A stretch of DNA of 40,674 nucleotides from NCBI GenBank assembly GCA_964528715.1, contig CAZGTR010000001.1, forward strand, positions 1 through 40,674, written 5' to 3'. The position numbers and the translations under genes are program-made. Source of the DNA: an uncultured Oscillospiraceae bacterium. GTDB lineage: Bacteria; Bacillota; Clostridia; Oscillospirales; Oscillospiraceae. Below, piece by piece: positions 1 through 9,244 of this stretch. Position 1 is the first letter of the stretch; each line of letters starts with the position of its first letter. A model generated the notes under the pieces. The model was not told where the DNA came from. It did not search any database and saw nothing but the letters and a program-made list of their open reading frames with translations.

Positions 1-301
1 GCATGGCAATGTTCAGACCGGTCTGACCGCCGATGCCGGGGATGATGGCATCGGGCCGCTCATAGCGGATGATCTTGGCCACATATTCCAGAGTCAGGGG
101 CTCCATGTAGACCTTGTCAGCAATGATGGTGTCGGTCATGATGGTGGCGGGGTTGGAGTTGCACAGGACCACCTCGTAGCCTTCTTCCTTCAAAGCAAGG
201 CAGGCCTGGGTGCCGGCATAGTCAAACTCTGCCGCCTGACCGATGACGATGGGGCCGGAGCCGATGATCAGAATTTTTTTGATGTCCGTTCTTTTTGCCA
301 T
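1..301 (-). CDS. carB: Carbamoyl-phosphate synthase large subunit, 5' part (runs off the window start)
   Basis: Manual translation from ATG at 301 gives [57 protein letters not shown], the CarB N-terminal signature. RBS GGAGG at 309-313. Not in the ORF track because it is truncated. Confidence 0.97.
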   Translation of the reverse strand, partial: MAKRTDIKKILIIGSGPIVIGQAAEFDYAGTQACLALKEEGYEVVLCNSNPATIMTDTIIADKVYMEPLTLEYVAKIIRYERPDAIIPGIGGQTGLNIAM

Positions 302-337
302 GGGAAAACCTCCTAGTAAATAAACCAGCTTCTTAAC

Positions 338-1552
338 TTACTTCGCTTGATAAACGAGCTTGCCGCCGCTGACGGTGGCGATACATTTGCCGGAAACCTT
401 CCAGCCTTCAAAGGGCGTTGCTTTGCCTTGGGAGAGAAGATCATTGGGGTCGATGGGATAGCTTTCGTCTAGATCCCAGATGGAGTAGTCACAGCCCATG
501 GGAATGCCGAAGCGCTTCCGGGGGGCGGTACACATCAGCTCCACCAGCCGCTCAATGGTCAGGATACCGGGCTTGACCAGATAGGTATAGAGCAGGGAGA
601 AGGCCGTTTCCAGCCCTACGATGCCGAAGGCGCTCTTTTCAAGGCCCCGACTCTTTTCTTCTGCCGAGTGGGGGGCGTGGTCCGTGGCGATCATGTCGAT
701 GGTGCCGTCTAAGATCCCCTCGATCAGCGCCTGCCGGTCCTCTTTGCTCCGCAGGGGTGGGTTCATTTTGAAGCGACCGTCCTCCTGTAAATCGTTTTCG
801 TCCATCAGCAGATAATGGGGAGCTGTTTCACAGGTCACATCCAGACCTTCGGCCTTGGCGTTGCGGATCAGTTCAACACTTTCTTTGGTGGAAATGTGGC
901 ATACATGGTAGCCGCATCCCGTTTCCTGCACCAGTTCCAGATCCCGCCGAATCTGGCCCCATTCGCTTTCAGAGCAAATGCCCCGGTGACCGTGGGCCTT
1001 GGCATAGGCACCGTCGTGGATGTAGCCGCCCCGCAGGAGGGCATTGTCCTCGCAGTGGGCCACGATCAATTTCCCGCTCTCTTTTGCAAGGCCCATGGCG
1101 GTGCGCATCATGTTGTCGTTTTGAACGCCCCGCCCGTCATCGGAAAAGGCAATGACATTTTCTGCCATTTCCGGAAGGTCTGCCAGCTTTTCGCCCTTTT
1201 CGCCCACCGTGATAGCGCCGTAAGGGTAAACCGCAATGCAGGCGTCCCGGCGGATGATGTCCAGCTGCTGTTGCAGATGGGCCATGGTATCCGGCACGGG
1301 GTCCAGATTGGGCATGGTGCATACGGCGGTGTAGCCACCCCGGGCGGCAGCTTGGCTGCCACTGGCGATGGTCTCCTTATAAGAAAAACCCGGCTCTCGG
1401 AAGTGCACATGCACATCACAAAAACCGGGTAATATCAAATAGGAATGATGGGAAAGGGAAATATTGAGAGAAGAAAGAGAGGCAACGACCCCATTGGAAA
1501 ATGTCTGCCCCAAAGAACCGGAGATGAGCTTCGTCTTGGTGTTCGCAGTCAT
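338..1552 (-). CDS. pyrC: Dihydroorotase
   Basis: PGFCDVHVHFREPG (HxH metal motif), TMPN, FKMNPPLR, IATDHAPH; adjacent to carB. Confidence 0.96.
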   Translation of the reverse strand: MTANTKTKLISGSLGQTFSNGVVASLSSLNISLSHHSYLILPGFCDVHVHFREPGFSYKETIASGSQAAARGGYTAVCTMPNLDPVPDTMAHLQQQLDIIRRDACIAVYPYGAITVGEKGEKLADLPEMAENVIAFSDDGRGVQNDNMMRTAMGLAKESGKLIVAHCEDNALLRGGYIHDGAYAKAHGHRGICSESEWGQIRRDLELVQETGCGYHVCHISTKESVELIRNAKAEGLDVTCETAPHYLLMDENDLQEDGRFKMNPPLRSKEDRQALIEGILDGTIDMIATDHAPHSAEEKSRGLEKSAFGIVGLETAFSLLYTYLVKPGILTIERLVELMCTAPRKRFGIPMGCDYSIWDLDESYPIDPNDLLSQGKATPFEGWKVSGKCIATVSGGKLVYQAK

Positions 1553-1570
1553 GGTGATCCCTCTTTCTGT

Positions 1571-1601
1571 AAAAAAGTCCTGCCATCAGAGATGGCAAGA
1601 C
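1571..1601 (-). terminator. Attenuator terminator in the pyrC-carB leader
   Basis: Minus-strand RNA GUCUUGCCAUC-UCU-GAUGGCAGGAC followed by U6, lying between the promoter and the pyrC RBS. Confidence 0.85.
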
Positions 1602-1637
1602 GGCTCATTTTTTGCAAGCCATCATAGCTTCCGATAG

Positions 1638-1666
1638 ATTATACCACAGGGCGGGGGCAATGTCAA
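1638..1666 (-). promoter_or_regulatory. SigA promoter of pyrC-carB
   Basis: TTGACA-17 bp-TATAAT with extended -10 TG; perfect consensus. Confidence 0.9.
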
Positions 1667-1777
1667 TGGGAATTTGTCGAAATGTGCAAAAATGCGGATC
1701 GGCTTTGTGCAAGGTGACAATGTCACGGTGAACCGGAGGAAATTGGGGTATACTGAGAGAAAAAAGGAGAAAAAGAT

Positions 1778-2704
1778 ATGGATACGATCTACGATGTTTT
1801 GATCCTGGGCGGTGGCCCGGCAGGATATACGGCGGCGCTGTACGCCGCCCGGGCGGGACTTCGGACGCTGGTGCTGGAACGGATGGTGCCCGGCGGTCAG
1901 ATGGCGCTGACCCACATGGTGGATAATTACCCCGGCTTCGGTGATGGCATTGACGGCTACACCCTGGGGGAGAAGATGAAAGCGGGGGCCCAGCGCTTCG
2001 GGGCCCAGACGGTGTTTGCGCAGGTCAAGGACATCCGCCTGGAGGGAGAAGTAAAGGAACTGCATACGGATAAGCAGGTCTACTATGGTCGCACGGTGAT
2101 CCTCGCCACCGGGGCGGTGCCCCGAAAACTGGGGCTGCCGGGGGAAGCTGAACTGACCGGACGAGGTGTCCATTATTGTGCCACCTGCGATGCCATGTTC
2201 TACCGGGGCAAGACGGTGGTGCTGGTGGGCGGTGGGAATTCCGCCGCAGCGGACGCATTGACACTGGCGAGGGTCACAGAGAAGGTCATTTTGGTCCACC
2301 GCAGGGATACTTTGCGGGCATCGAAGGTATACCACGACCAATTGGAAAAGACGGAAAATTTGCAGATCCGCTGGAACAGCGCCGTCACAGCGCTGCATGG
2401 GCAGTCCCATCTGGAAAAGGTGACGGTGCGGGATGTTGTCACTGGGGAGGAGACGGATATCCCCTGCGACGGCCTGTTTGTCAGCATCGGGCGGATGCCT
2501 GCTACGGAGCTGTTGACCGGGAAAATACAGTTGGACGAAAATGGTTACATTCTGGCGGGAGAGGACACCGAAACCAACATCCCGGGGGTGTTTGTTGCTG
2601 GGGATGTGCGGAAAAAGCCCTTGCGGCAAATCGTCACTGCCGCAGCAGATGGTGCAGTGGCGGCTGAAAAATCTGCCGAATATCTGGGCAATTTTATTGC
2701 GTGA
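1778..2704 (+). CDS. trxB: Thioredoxin-disulfide reductase
   Basis: GGGPAG FAD motif, CATCD redox centre, [18 protein letters not shown]. Confidence 0.97.
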   Translation: MDTIYDVLILGGGPAGYTAALYAARAGLRTLVLERMVPGGQMALTHMVDNYPGFGDGIDGYTLGEKMKAGAQRFGAQTVFAQVKDIRLEGEVKELHTDKQVYYGRTVILATGAVPRKLGLPGEAELTGRGVHYCATCDAMFYRGKTVVLVGGGNSAAADALTLARVTEKVILVHRRDTLRASKVYHDQLEKTENLQIRWNSAVTALHGQSHLEKVTVRDVVTGEETDIPCDGLFVSIGRMPATELLTGKIQLDENGYILAGEDTETNIPGVFVAGDVRKKPLRQIVTAAADGAVAAEKSAEYLGNFIA

Positions 2705-2725
2705 TGAAAAGATGTATGCTATAAT
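2697..2725 (+). promoter_or_regulatory. SigA promoter of nrdG-dut-Na/Pi transporter
   Basis: TTGCGT-17 bp-TATAAT with extended TG. Confidence 0.7.
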
Positions 2726-2755
2726 GTGGGCAAATGTATATGGGAGGCGAGGCTC

Positions 2756-3295
2756 GTGCATTATGCGACCATTAAAAACTGTGACATTGCCAACGGCCCC
2801 GGTGTCCGTGTGAGCCTGTTTGTGTCCGGCTGCACCCACCGCTGTAAGGGCTGCTTCAATGAAGTGGCATGGGATTTTGACTATGGTACCCCCTTTACCC
2901 GGGAGACAGTTGATCAGATCCTGGATATGCTGCGGCCCTCCTATATCCGGGGATTGACCCTGCTGGGCGGCGAGCCTTTCGAGCCCCAAAATCAGGGCCC
3001 CATCCTGGAGCTGCTTCGGGCAGTAAAAAGAAATTACCCACAGAAAAGTATCTGGGCCTTCTCTGGCTATTTATTCGAGACCATCTGCTCCGGCAGGCTG
3101 GGAAAGTGGGAGACCACGAAAGAATACCTGAGCTATCTGGATGTGCTGGTGGACGGGCCGTTTATGCAGGAAAAGAAAAATCTGAACCTGCGCTTCCGGG
3201 GCTCGGAAAATCAGCGGCTCATCGATGTGAAAAAATCTCTGGAAGCGGGGACGGTCGTCCTCTGGGATGACGGACAGAAAGGAATGGACAAATGA
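2756..3295 (+). CDS. nrdG: Anaerobic ribonucleotide reductase activating enzyme (radical SAM)
   Basis: DIANGPGVRVSLFVSGC, CxxxCxxC (CTHRCKGC), GGEP, FRGSENQR. Start moved to GTG 2756, which follows GGAGG. Confidence 0.95.
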   Translation: MHYATIKNCDIANGPGVRVSLFVSGCTHRCKGCFNEVAWDFDYGTPFTRETVDQILDMLRPSYIRGLTLLGGEPFEPQNQGPILELLRAVKRNYPQKSIWAFSGYLFETICSGRLGKWETTKEYLSYLDVLVDGPFMQEKKNLNLRFRGSENQRLIDVKKSLEAGTVVLWDDGQKGMDK

Positions 3296-3729
3296 ATACC
3301 ATTGCAGTAAAAAAAGTGAGAGAAAATGCGATCCTGCCTACCTATGGCTCCCGGGAGGCGGCGGGGGCAGATCTGTACGCCTGCCTGGAGGAACCGGTGA
3401 CCATTCAGCCGGGGCAGACGGTGTTTATTCCCACGGGCCTTGCCATGGAGGTGCCCAAGGGTTGCGCCGGTCTTGTGTATGCCCGCAGCAGCATGGGGGC
3501 CAAACGGGGCCTGGCTCCGGCCAATAAGGTGGGCGTTATCGACAGCGACTACCGGGGGGAGATCTCCGTGGTGCTGCATAACCACGGCGGCATTGCCCAG
3601 ACGGTGGAGCCGGGGGAGCGGATCGCCCAGCTGATCATCACCCCGGTGCTGACACCGGCGTATGAGCAGGTGCAGGCGCTGACGGATACCCACCGGGGCA
3701 CCGGCGGCTTTGGCTCCACCGGTAAGTAA
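3292..3729 (+). CDS. dut: dUTP diphosphatase
   Basis: AAGADL, ARSS, GVIDSDYRGE, ERIAQ, RGTGGFGSTG motifs; ATGA overlap with nrdG. Confidence 0.97.
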   Translation: MNTIAVKKVRENAILPTYGSREAAGADLYACLEEPVTIQPGQTVFIPTGLAMEVPKGCAGLVYARSSMGAKRGLAPANKVGVIDSDYRGEISVVLHNHGGIAQTVEPGERIAQLIITPVLTPAYEQVQALTDTHRGTGGFGSTGK

Positions 3730-3757
3730 AAGAGAATATTCCAAGGAGGCTTCGTTT

Positions 3758-5560
3758 ATGGAGATCATCAGTGCATTGGTACAATTGCTGGGCGGTCTTG
3801 CCATGTTCCTGTATGGCATTGAGCTGATGGGTGACGGCCTGAAGAACTGCTCCGGCGCCGCATTGAAGCGGGTGCTGGAAAAGGTCACGGGCAATGTGAT
3901 CCTGGGCGTGCTGACGGGCACATTGGTAACGGCTGTGATCCAAAGCTCCACGGCGACCATCGTGCTGACGGTGGCGCTGCTGGGTGCGGGTGCACTGAAT
4001 TTGAGGCAGGCGGTATCCATCGTCATGGGCGCCAACATCGGCACCACCGTGACGGCGCAGATCATTCGCCTGGGATCCATCCAATCAGACGGAAGCCTCC
4101 TTTTGTGGTTTTTCAATACCGATACCCTGGCGCCGTTGGCGCTGATCATCGGGATCGTGCTGCTGATGTTTATCAAGCGCAAGAGCGCTAAGCCCATGGG
4201 GGATATCTGCATTGGCTTCGGCGTTTTGTTCGTGGGCCTAAATTTGATGACCGAGGGAGTCAAGCCGCTTATTGGCACCAGTGCATTTGCAGCGTTCGTG
4301 GGGATCTTGGAAAATCCCATGCTGGGTATCCTATTCGGCCTTGTACTGACGGTGATCGTCCAGAGTTCTTCCGCAACGGTGGGAATGCTCCAGACCGTTG
4401 CCTCTGTGCCCGGCTCCGGTATCACCTTTGCCATGGCATATCCTGTGATCATGGGTATCAATTTGGGTACCTGCGTCACCACTGCCATGGTCTGTTCTAT
4501 CGGTGCGTCCAAGGACGCCAAGCGCACGGGAGTTGTCCACATTGCCTTTAATACCATTGGCACGGTGCTTTTTATGCTTGTAATGACAATTCTGCAAACA
4601 AACGGTGCTTTTGGTGCTGATTTCTGGGCCGGGGCAGTGGATAGTGGCAGCATTGCCAATTTCCAGACGGTGTTCAATCTTTTAACGGCGGTAGCATTGG
4701 TGCCGTTCACGCCGCAGCTGGTGAAGCTGTCCATGGCGATCATCCGGGAGGAACCGGAAAAGCCGCACAGCTATCCCCAGCTGCACACCTTGGATGAGAA
4801 GCTTTATATCTCACCTGCGGTAGCCGTGTCGGAGGCGACCAAGGCGGTGGCGGCGATGGGCCGTATTGCCTGTGAGAACTTTGCCCGGGGATGTGAACAG
4901 CTCCTTTCTTATGACGAAGGACGAACGAAGATCATTGACGAGGACGAAGATCAGCTGGACCGGTTTGCGGATCGGGCAAACCACTTCTTGGTCGGCCTGG
5001 GCAGGTGTGTGGAAAATCAAGACGAGGAGCGGCAGCTGGATCTTTTGTTGCAAACGGTGCCGGACTTGGAACGTATCGGTGATTACGCCACGAATTTCTG
5101 CGAATTGGCCCAGAAAATAGCCCAGGATGGAAGCAGCTTTTCAGAGACTGCACAAGGGGAGTTGAAGCTGATGACCCGTGCGGTGATGGAAATTCTGGAG
5201 ACCACTGTGTCGGCCTTGAGCCGGGATGATGACGATATGGCGAAGTCCATCGAGCCATTGGAGGAAACCATCGACGATATGGTGATGATCCTAAAAGATC
5301 GGCACACCAAACGACTGAAAACGGGCAATTGTTCTGTGAGTTCAGGCTTGGTGTTCATGGAAGCACTGACGTATTTTGAACGTGCCTCGGATCAGTGCTC
5401 CTCCATTGCGGTTCTGATGTTGGCAAGGCACAATGAGGAAATCTTGCAGGATCACTACCTGTACCTGCGGCAGATCCACGAGGGCAACGATGAAGCCTAT
5501 CGCAGCGAGCTGGAACGCCGCAGAGGGCAGTATATCAAACCCTTGCAACAGATCAAATAA
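3758..5560 (+). CDS. Na/Pi cotransporter family protein with C-terminal PhoU-like domains
   Basis: Repeated QSSTA/QSSSA and GANIGTT/GINLGT motifs, many TM segments, DLERIGD PhoU-like motif. ATG 3758 follows AAGGAGG. Confidence 0.92.
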   Translation: MEIISALVQLLGGLAMFLYGIELMGDGLKNCSGAALKRVLEKVTGNVILGVLTGTLVTAVIQSSTATIVLTVALLGAGALNLRQAVSIVMGANIGTTVTAQIIRLGSIQSDGSLLLWFFNTDTLAPLALIIGIVLLMFIKRKSAKPMGDICIGFGVLFVGLNLMTEGVKPLIGTSAFAAFVGILENPMLGILFGLVLTVIVQSSSATVGMLQTVASVPGSGITFAMAYPVIMGINLGTCVTTAMVCSIGASKDAKRTGVVHIAFNTIGTVLFMLVMTILQTNGAFGADFWAGAVDSGSIANFQTVFNLLTAVALVPFTPQLVKLSMAIIREEPEKPHSYPQLHTLDEKLYISPAVAVSEATKAVAAMGRIACENFARGCEQLLSYDEGRTKIIDEDEDQLDRFADRANHFLVGLGRCVENQDEERQLDLLLQTVPDLERIGDYATNFCELAQKIAQDGSSFSETAQGELKLMTRAVMEILETTVSALSRDDDDMAKSIEPLEETIDDMVMILKDRHTKRLKTGNCSVSSGLVFMEALTYFERASDQCSSIAVLMLARHNEEILQDHYLYLRQIHEGNDEAYRSELERRRGQYIKPLQQIK

Positions 5561-5597
5561 AACAACTCCCCACATCCACGGATGCGGGGGGTTCGTT
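5561..5597. terminator. Hairpin between convergent genes (probable bidirectional terminator)
   Basis: Imperfect inverted repeat AACTCCCCACATCC / GGATGCGGGGGGTT between the two stop codons. Confidence 0.65.
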
Positions 5598-5598
5598 A

Positions 5599-7683
5599 TC
5601 AGTAAAACAGAAGATCGGAATAAGTGGGATAGGGCCAGAAGGATTTGTCCGTCAGTTGCTCCAGAAGATCAGCATCCTGGCGAATGACTTCCATCCCGGG
5701 GACCAAGCGGGCACTGCAATGGGCGACTGCCTGCTCATTTTCACAGGGAATGGCTTCCAGTAGCGCTTGCAGCTGGCAGCAGTTGTCGTAAAGAGCGTCT
5801 GAGGTAGCACTGATCCGCTCCAGAAGGGAAGCCTCAGCCTTTGCGGCAATGCCCAGAGATTTTTTCTCCAGCACTGTCTTTGCCAGCTTTTCACTGTAAG
5901 AGATGGCGGCAGGCAGGATCTGGTGCATGACCATGTCGGTACAGGTCCGGGCTTCGATGGAAATGATCTTCCGATAGGATTGCAAATGGATATCATATCG
6001 GGCCCGAAACTCTGCCTCTGTATAGACACCCCGGCGAGTGACCAGATCGATGTTTTTGGGAGAGATGTAGGTGGGCAGGGCTTCAGCGGTGTTTTTCAAA
6101 TTGCTAAGGCCACGGCGGGCGGCTTCTGCCTCCCACTCGGGGGAGTAGCCGTTGCCATTGAAGATGATCCGCTGGTGGGCAGTGAGGGTGTCGCAGACCA
6201 GCTTTTGTAATGCTGCGTCAAAATCCTCTGCCTGTTCCAGAATGTCCGCAAATTTTCCCAGCTCCTCTGCCATGATGGTGTTCAGAGCGATGTTGGGTCC
6301 GGCGATGGACTGGGAAGAGCCTAGCATACGGAACTCGAACTTGTTGCCGGTGAAGGCGATGGGAGAGGTGCGGTTGCGGTCTGTGGTGTCCTTGGGGATG
6401 GAGGGAAGTACATCCACGCCGATACGCAGCAGATTTTTTTCGGGATCCTGGTAGTTGGTGCCATTGATGATGGACTCCACCACGGCGGTCAGTTCGTCCC
6501 CCAGAAAGATGGACAAAATGGTGGGAGGCGCTTCTGTTACGCCAAAGCGCCGGTCGTTTCCGGCGTAGGCCACGGTGCTGCGCAGAAAGTCCTGATATTC
6601 GTCAATGCCCTGGATGAATGCTGCCAGAAAAACCAGAAACTGGGCGTTTTGACGGGGCGTTTGCCCAGGCTTGAAGAGGTTTCTACCGGTATCGGTGCAC
6701 AGTGACCAGTTGTTGTGTTTGCCGGAACCTGCCACACTGGCAAAGGGCTTTTCGTGGAGCAGACAAACAAGATCGTGTTTGGCAGCGCACTTTTTCATGA
6801 TCTCCATGACAAGTTGATTGGAGTCGCAGGCATTGCCAGCTTCCGAATAGATGGGAGCCAACTCGTGCTGACAAGGGGCACCTTCGTTGTGCTTGGTCTT
6901 GGAGAGAATGCCCAGTCGCCACAGCTGTTCGTCCAGATCCTTCATGAAATTGGAAACCCGGGTGCGGATGGTGCCGAAATAGTGGTCGTCCAGCTCCTGC
7001 CCTTTGGGCGCAGGGGCACCGAAAAGGGTGCGGCCGGTCAGCCGCAGATCCATCCGCTGGGCATAGAGGGACTTGGGAATGAGAAAATACTCCTGCTCCG
7101 GGCCCACGCAGACTTGAACACGCTGCGTGGTGGTGTCACCAAACAGTCGCAGGATACGCACTGCTTCACGGGAAATTTCGTCCAGTGAGCGAAGGAGCGG
7201 TGTCTTTTTGTCCAGGGCTTCTCCGGTATAGGAGAAAAAGCAGGTGGGGATATACAGGCTCCCATCTTTGACAAAGGCAAAGGAAGTGGGATCCCAGGCG
7301 GTGTAGCCCCGGGCCTCAAAGGTGGCCCGAAGACCGCCGGAGGGGAAGGAACTGGCGTCTGGCTCGCCCCGGACTAATTCCGTGCCGGAGAATTCCATGA
7401 TGACCCGACCATCGCCGGTGGGGCTGATGAAGGAGTCGTGCTTTTCGGCGGTGATACCAGTCATGGGCTGGAACCAGTGGGTAAAGTGAGTCGCACCCTT
7501 TTCGGTTGCCCAGATCTTCATGGCTTCTGCGATCTCGTTTGCCACTTCCAGCGGAAGGGGGGAACCGGTGCGGATGCAGTTTTTCCAGGCCTGGTAGGTT
7601 TCAGGTTGGAGCCGTTGCTTCATCGTAGCCTCGTTGAAGACATCAGTGCCGAAAATCGTTGGTACATTTAGAATATGACTCAT
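5599..7683 (-). CDS. glnA: Glutamine synthetase type III
   Basis: About 694 aa; HFTHWFQP, GEPDASSFPSGGLRATFEARGYTAWD, GPEQEYF, HEKPF, DRNRTSP, all typical of GSIII. Confidence 0.96.
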   Translation of the reverse strand: MSHILNVPTIFGTDVFNEATMKQRLQPETYQAWKNCIRTGSPLPLEVANEIAEAMKIWATEKGATHFTHWFQPMTGITAEKHDSFISPTGDGRVIMEFSGTELVRGEPDASSFPSGGLRATFEARGYTAWDPTSFAFVKDGSLYIPTCFFSYTGEALDKKTPLLRSLDEISREAVRILRLFGDTTTQRVQVCVGPEQEYFLIPKSLYAQRMDLRLTGRTLFGAPAPKGQELDDHYFGTIRTRVSNFMKDLDEQLWRLGILSKTKHNEGAPCQHELAPIYSEAGNACDSNQLVMEIMKKCAAKHDLVCLLHEKPFASVAGSGKHNNWSLCTDTGRNLFKPGQTPRQNAQFLVFLAAFIQGIDEYQDFLRSTVAYAGNDRRFGVTEAPPTILSIFLGDELTAVVESIINGTNYQDPEKNLLRIGVDVLPSIPKDTTDRNRTSPIAFTGNKFEFRMLGSSQSIAGPNIALNTIMAEELGKFADILEQAEDFDAALQKLVCDTLTAHQRIIFNGNGYSPEWEAEAARRGLSNLKNTAEALPTYISPKNIDLVTRRGVYTEAEFRARYDIHLQSYRKIISIEARTCTDMVMHQILPAAISYSEKLAKTVLEKKSLGIAAKAEASLLERISATSDALYDNCCQLQALLEAIPCENEQAVAHCSARLVPGMEVIRQDADLLEQLTDKSFWPYPTYSDLLFY

Positions 7684-7719
7684 AATCACAGCGCCCTTTC
7701 TGAAAATTCTTCCACATCA

Positions 7720-7748
7720 ATTTTATCGGATACGTCAATAAGACGCAA
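7720..7748 (-). promoter_or_regulatory. SigA promoter of glutamine synthetase III
   Basis: TTGCGT-17 bp-TAAAAT on the minus strand. Confidence 0.55.
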
Positions 7749-7841
7749 GGATGAAAAATGACGGAATGCAATTGAAATTTTGCATTTTATTTGTGCAATG
7801 AGCATTATTACAGCTGAATATGAAATGAATTAAGAAATGAC

Positions 7842-7870
7842 TTGCAATTTTGACGCCTATGGCATATAAT
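7842..7870 (+). promoter_or_regulatory. SigA promoter of the aminotransferase
   Basis: TTGCAA-17 bp-TATAAT. Confidence 0.75.
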
Positions 7871-7912
7871 GGAGAAAACTGGATCACATGAATTAATGGA
7901 AGGATGATGGAA

Positions 7913-9202
7913 ATGGCCAGCTATTCCCGTAGAAGCCGTGAGGAGCTTCGGATAGAAGCAAAGAAGCTTATGGCCCGGTTTGAGGACCTGCGAAAGGAAA
8001 ATCTGAATTTGGATATGTCCCGGGGCAAGCCCAGTAAAGCGCAGCTGGATATGGTCAGCGATATTTTGACAGTGCTGCCGGATGGAGACAGCTGCATTTT
8101 AAATGGGATCGACTGCCGCAACTATGGTGATCTGGCAGGACTGCCCTGTGCACGGGAGTATTGGGCAGATGTGCTGGGCTGCAAGCCGGAGCAGACCTTT
8201 GTTGGTGGTAATGCCAGCCTCAGCTTAATGCACGATCTCATCGCCCGGGCCTATACCCATGGCCTGACAGACAGCGTGCGCCCCTGGTGCAAGGAGGAGC
8301 GGGTGAAATTTTTGTGCCCCGCTCCGGGCTACGACCGGCATTTCCGGATCACAGAGCATTTCGGCTTTGAGCTGATCACTGTTCCCATGACCCCAGACGG
8401 GCCGGACATGGATATTGTGGAGGAATTGGTGACAGATCCTATGGTCAAGGGTATTTGGTGCGTGCCAAAGTATTCCAATCCCCAGGGCTATACCTATTCG
8501 GAGGAGACGGTAGACCGGTTCGCCGCGTTGAAGCCTGCGGCGCCGGATTTTGTCATCATGTGGGACAATGCCTATTGCGTCCATGAATTTGACGGCGAGT
8601 TCGAGCCATTCCGGGACATCATTTCCCTGTGTGAAGCTACCGGGCGGCCCAATATGGTCTATGAATTTGCCTCAACCTCTAAAATTACCTTTCCAGGAGC
8701 AGGCATTTCGGTACTGGCTTCCTCTGTCGCAAACATTGAGTATTTCAAAAAGCTGGCAGGAGTGCAGACCATTTCCTATGACAAGGTCAATCAGCTGCGC
8801 CATGTGCTGTACTTAAAGGATAAAGCCTATACACTGGAGTTGATGAAGCGCCATGGGGAAATTCTGGGACCGAAATTCAAAATGGTGCTGCATATGCTCC
8901 GGGCAGAGCTGACCAATAAGGGCATCGCCCACTGGCATTTGCCCAAGGGTGGTTATTTTGTCTGCGTCGCGGCTATGCCCGGCACTGCCAAGCGCACCCT
9001 GGAGCTGTGCAAACAGTTGGGCGTGATCTTTACGCCCGCAGGAGCGACCTATCCCTACGGCGTGGATCCCCACGACTCCATGATCCGCATCGCCCCCAGC
9101 CTTCCGCCCATGGAAGAACTGGAAAAGGCAATGGAAGTGTTCTGCGTCAGTCTGAAGATCGCCGCATTGGAAAAATATTTGGGTATCTCCCTGGAAGCAT
9201 AA
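7913..9202 (+). CDS. PLP-dependent class I/II aminotransferase (aspartate aminotransferase-like)
   Basis: LDMSRGKPS, PGYDRHF, VPKYSNPQG, WDNAY, ASTSKITF (PLP lysine), IRIAPS. Start 7913 chosen from RBS spacing; 7904 is an alternative. Confidence 0.88.
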   Translation: MASYSRRSREELRIEAKKLMARFEDLRKENLNLDMSRGKPSKAQLDMVSDILTVLPDGDSCILNGIDCRNYGDLAGLPCAREYWADVLGCKPEQTFVGGNASLSLMHDLIARAYTHGLTDSVRPWCKEERVKFLCPAPGYDRHFRITEHFGFELITVPMTPDGPDMDIVEELVTDPMVKGIWCVPKYSNPQGYTYSEETVDRFAALKPAAPDFVIMWDNAYCVHEFDGEFEPFRDIISLCEATGRPNMVYEFASTSKITFPGAGISVLASSVANIEYFKKLAGVQTISYDKVNQLRHVLYLKDKAYTLELMKRHGEILGPKFKMVLHMLRAELTNKGIAHWHLPKGGYFVCVAAMPGTAKRTLELCKQLGVIFTPAGATYPYGVDPHDSMIRIAPSLPPMEELEKAMEVFCVSLKIAALEKYLGISLEA

Positions 9203-9233
9203 AATGCGCCCCGCACATCGTGCGGGGCGTTTT
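9201..9233. terminator. Intrinsic terminator (likely bidirectional)
   Basis: CGCCCCGCAC-ATC-GTGCGGGGCG with flanking A4 and T4, between convergent genes. Confidence 0.8.
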
Positions 9234-9244
9234 GAAGTGGTGTA

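Noticed and set aside
2725-2750. Possible NrdR box upstream of nrdG
   Set aside because: Only a weak resemblance to the consensus and no tandem pair.
1622-4743. Long minus-strand ORFs 1622..2989 and 3211..4743
   Set aside because: Shadows of trxB, nrdG, dut and the Na/Pi transporter, which carry clear family motifs on the plus strand.
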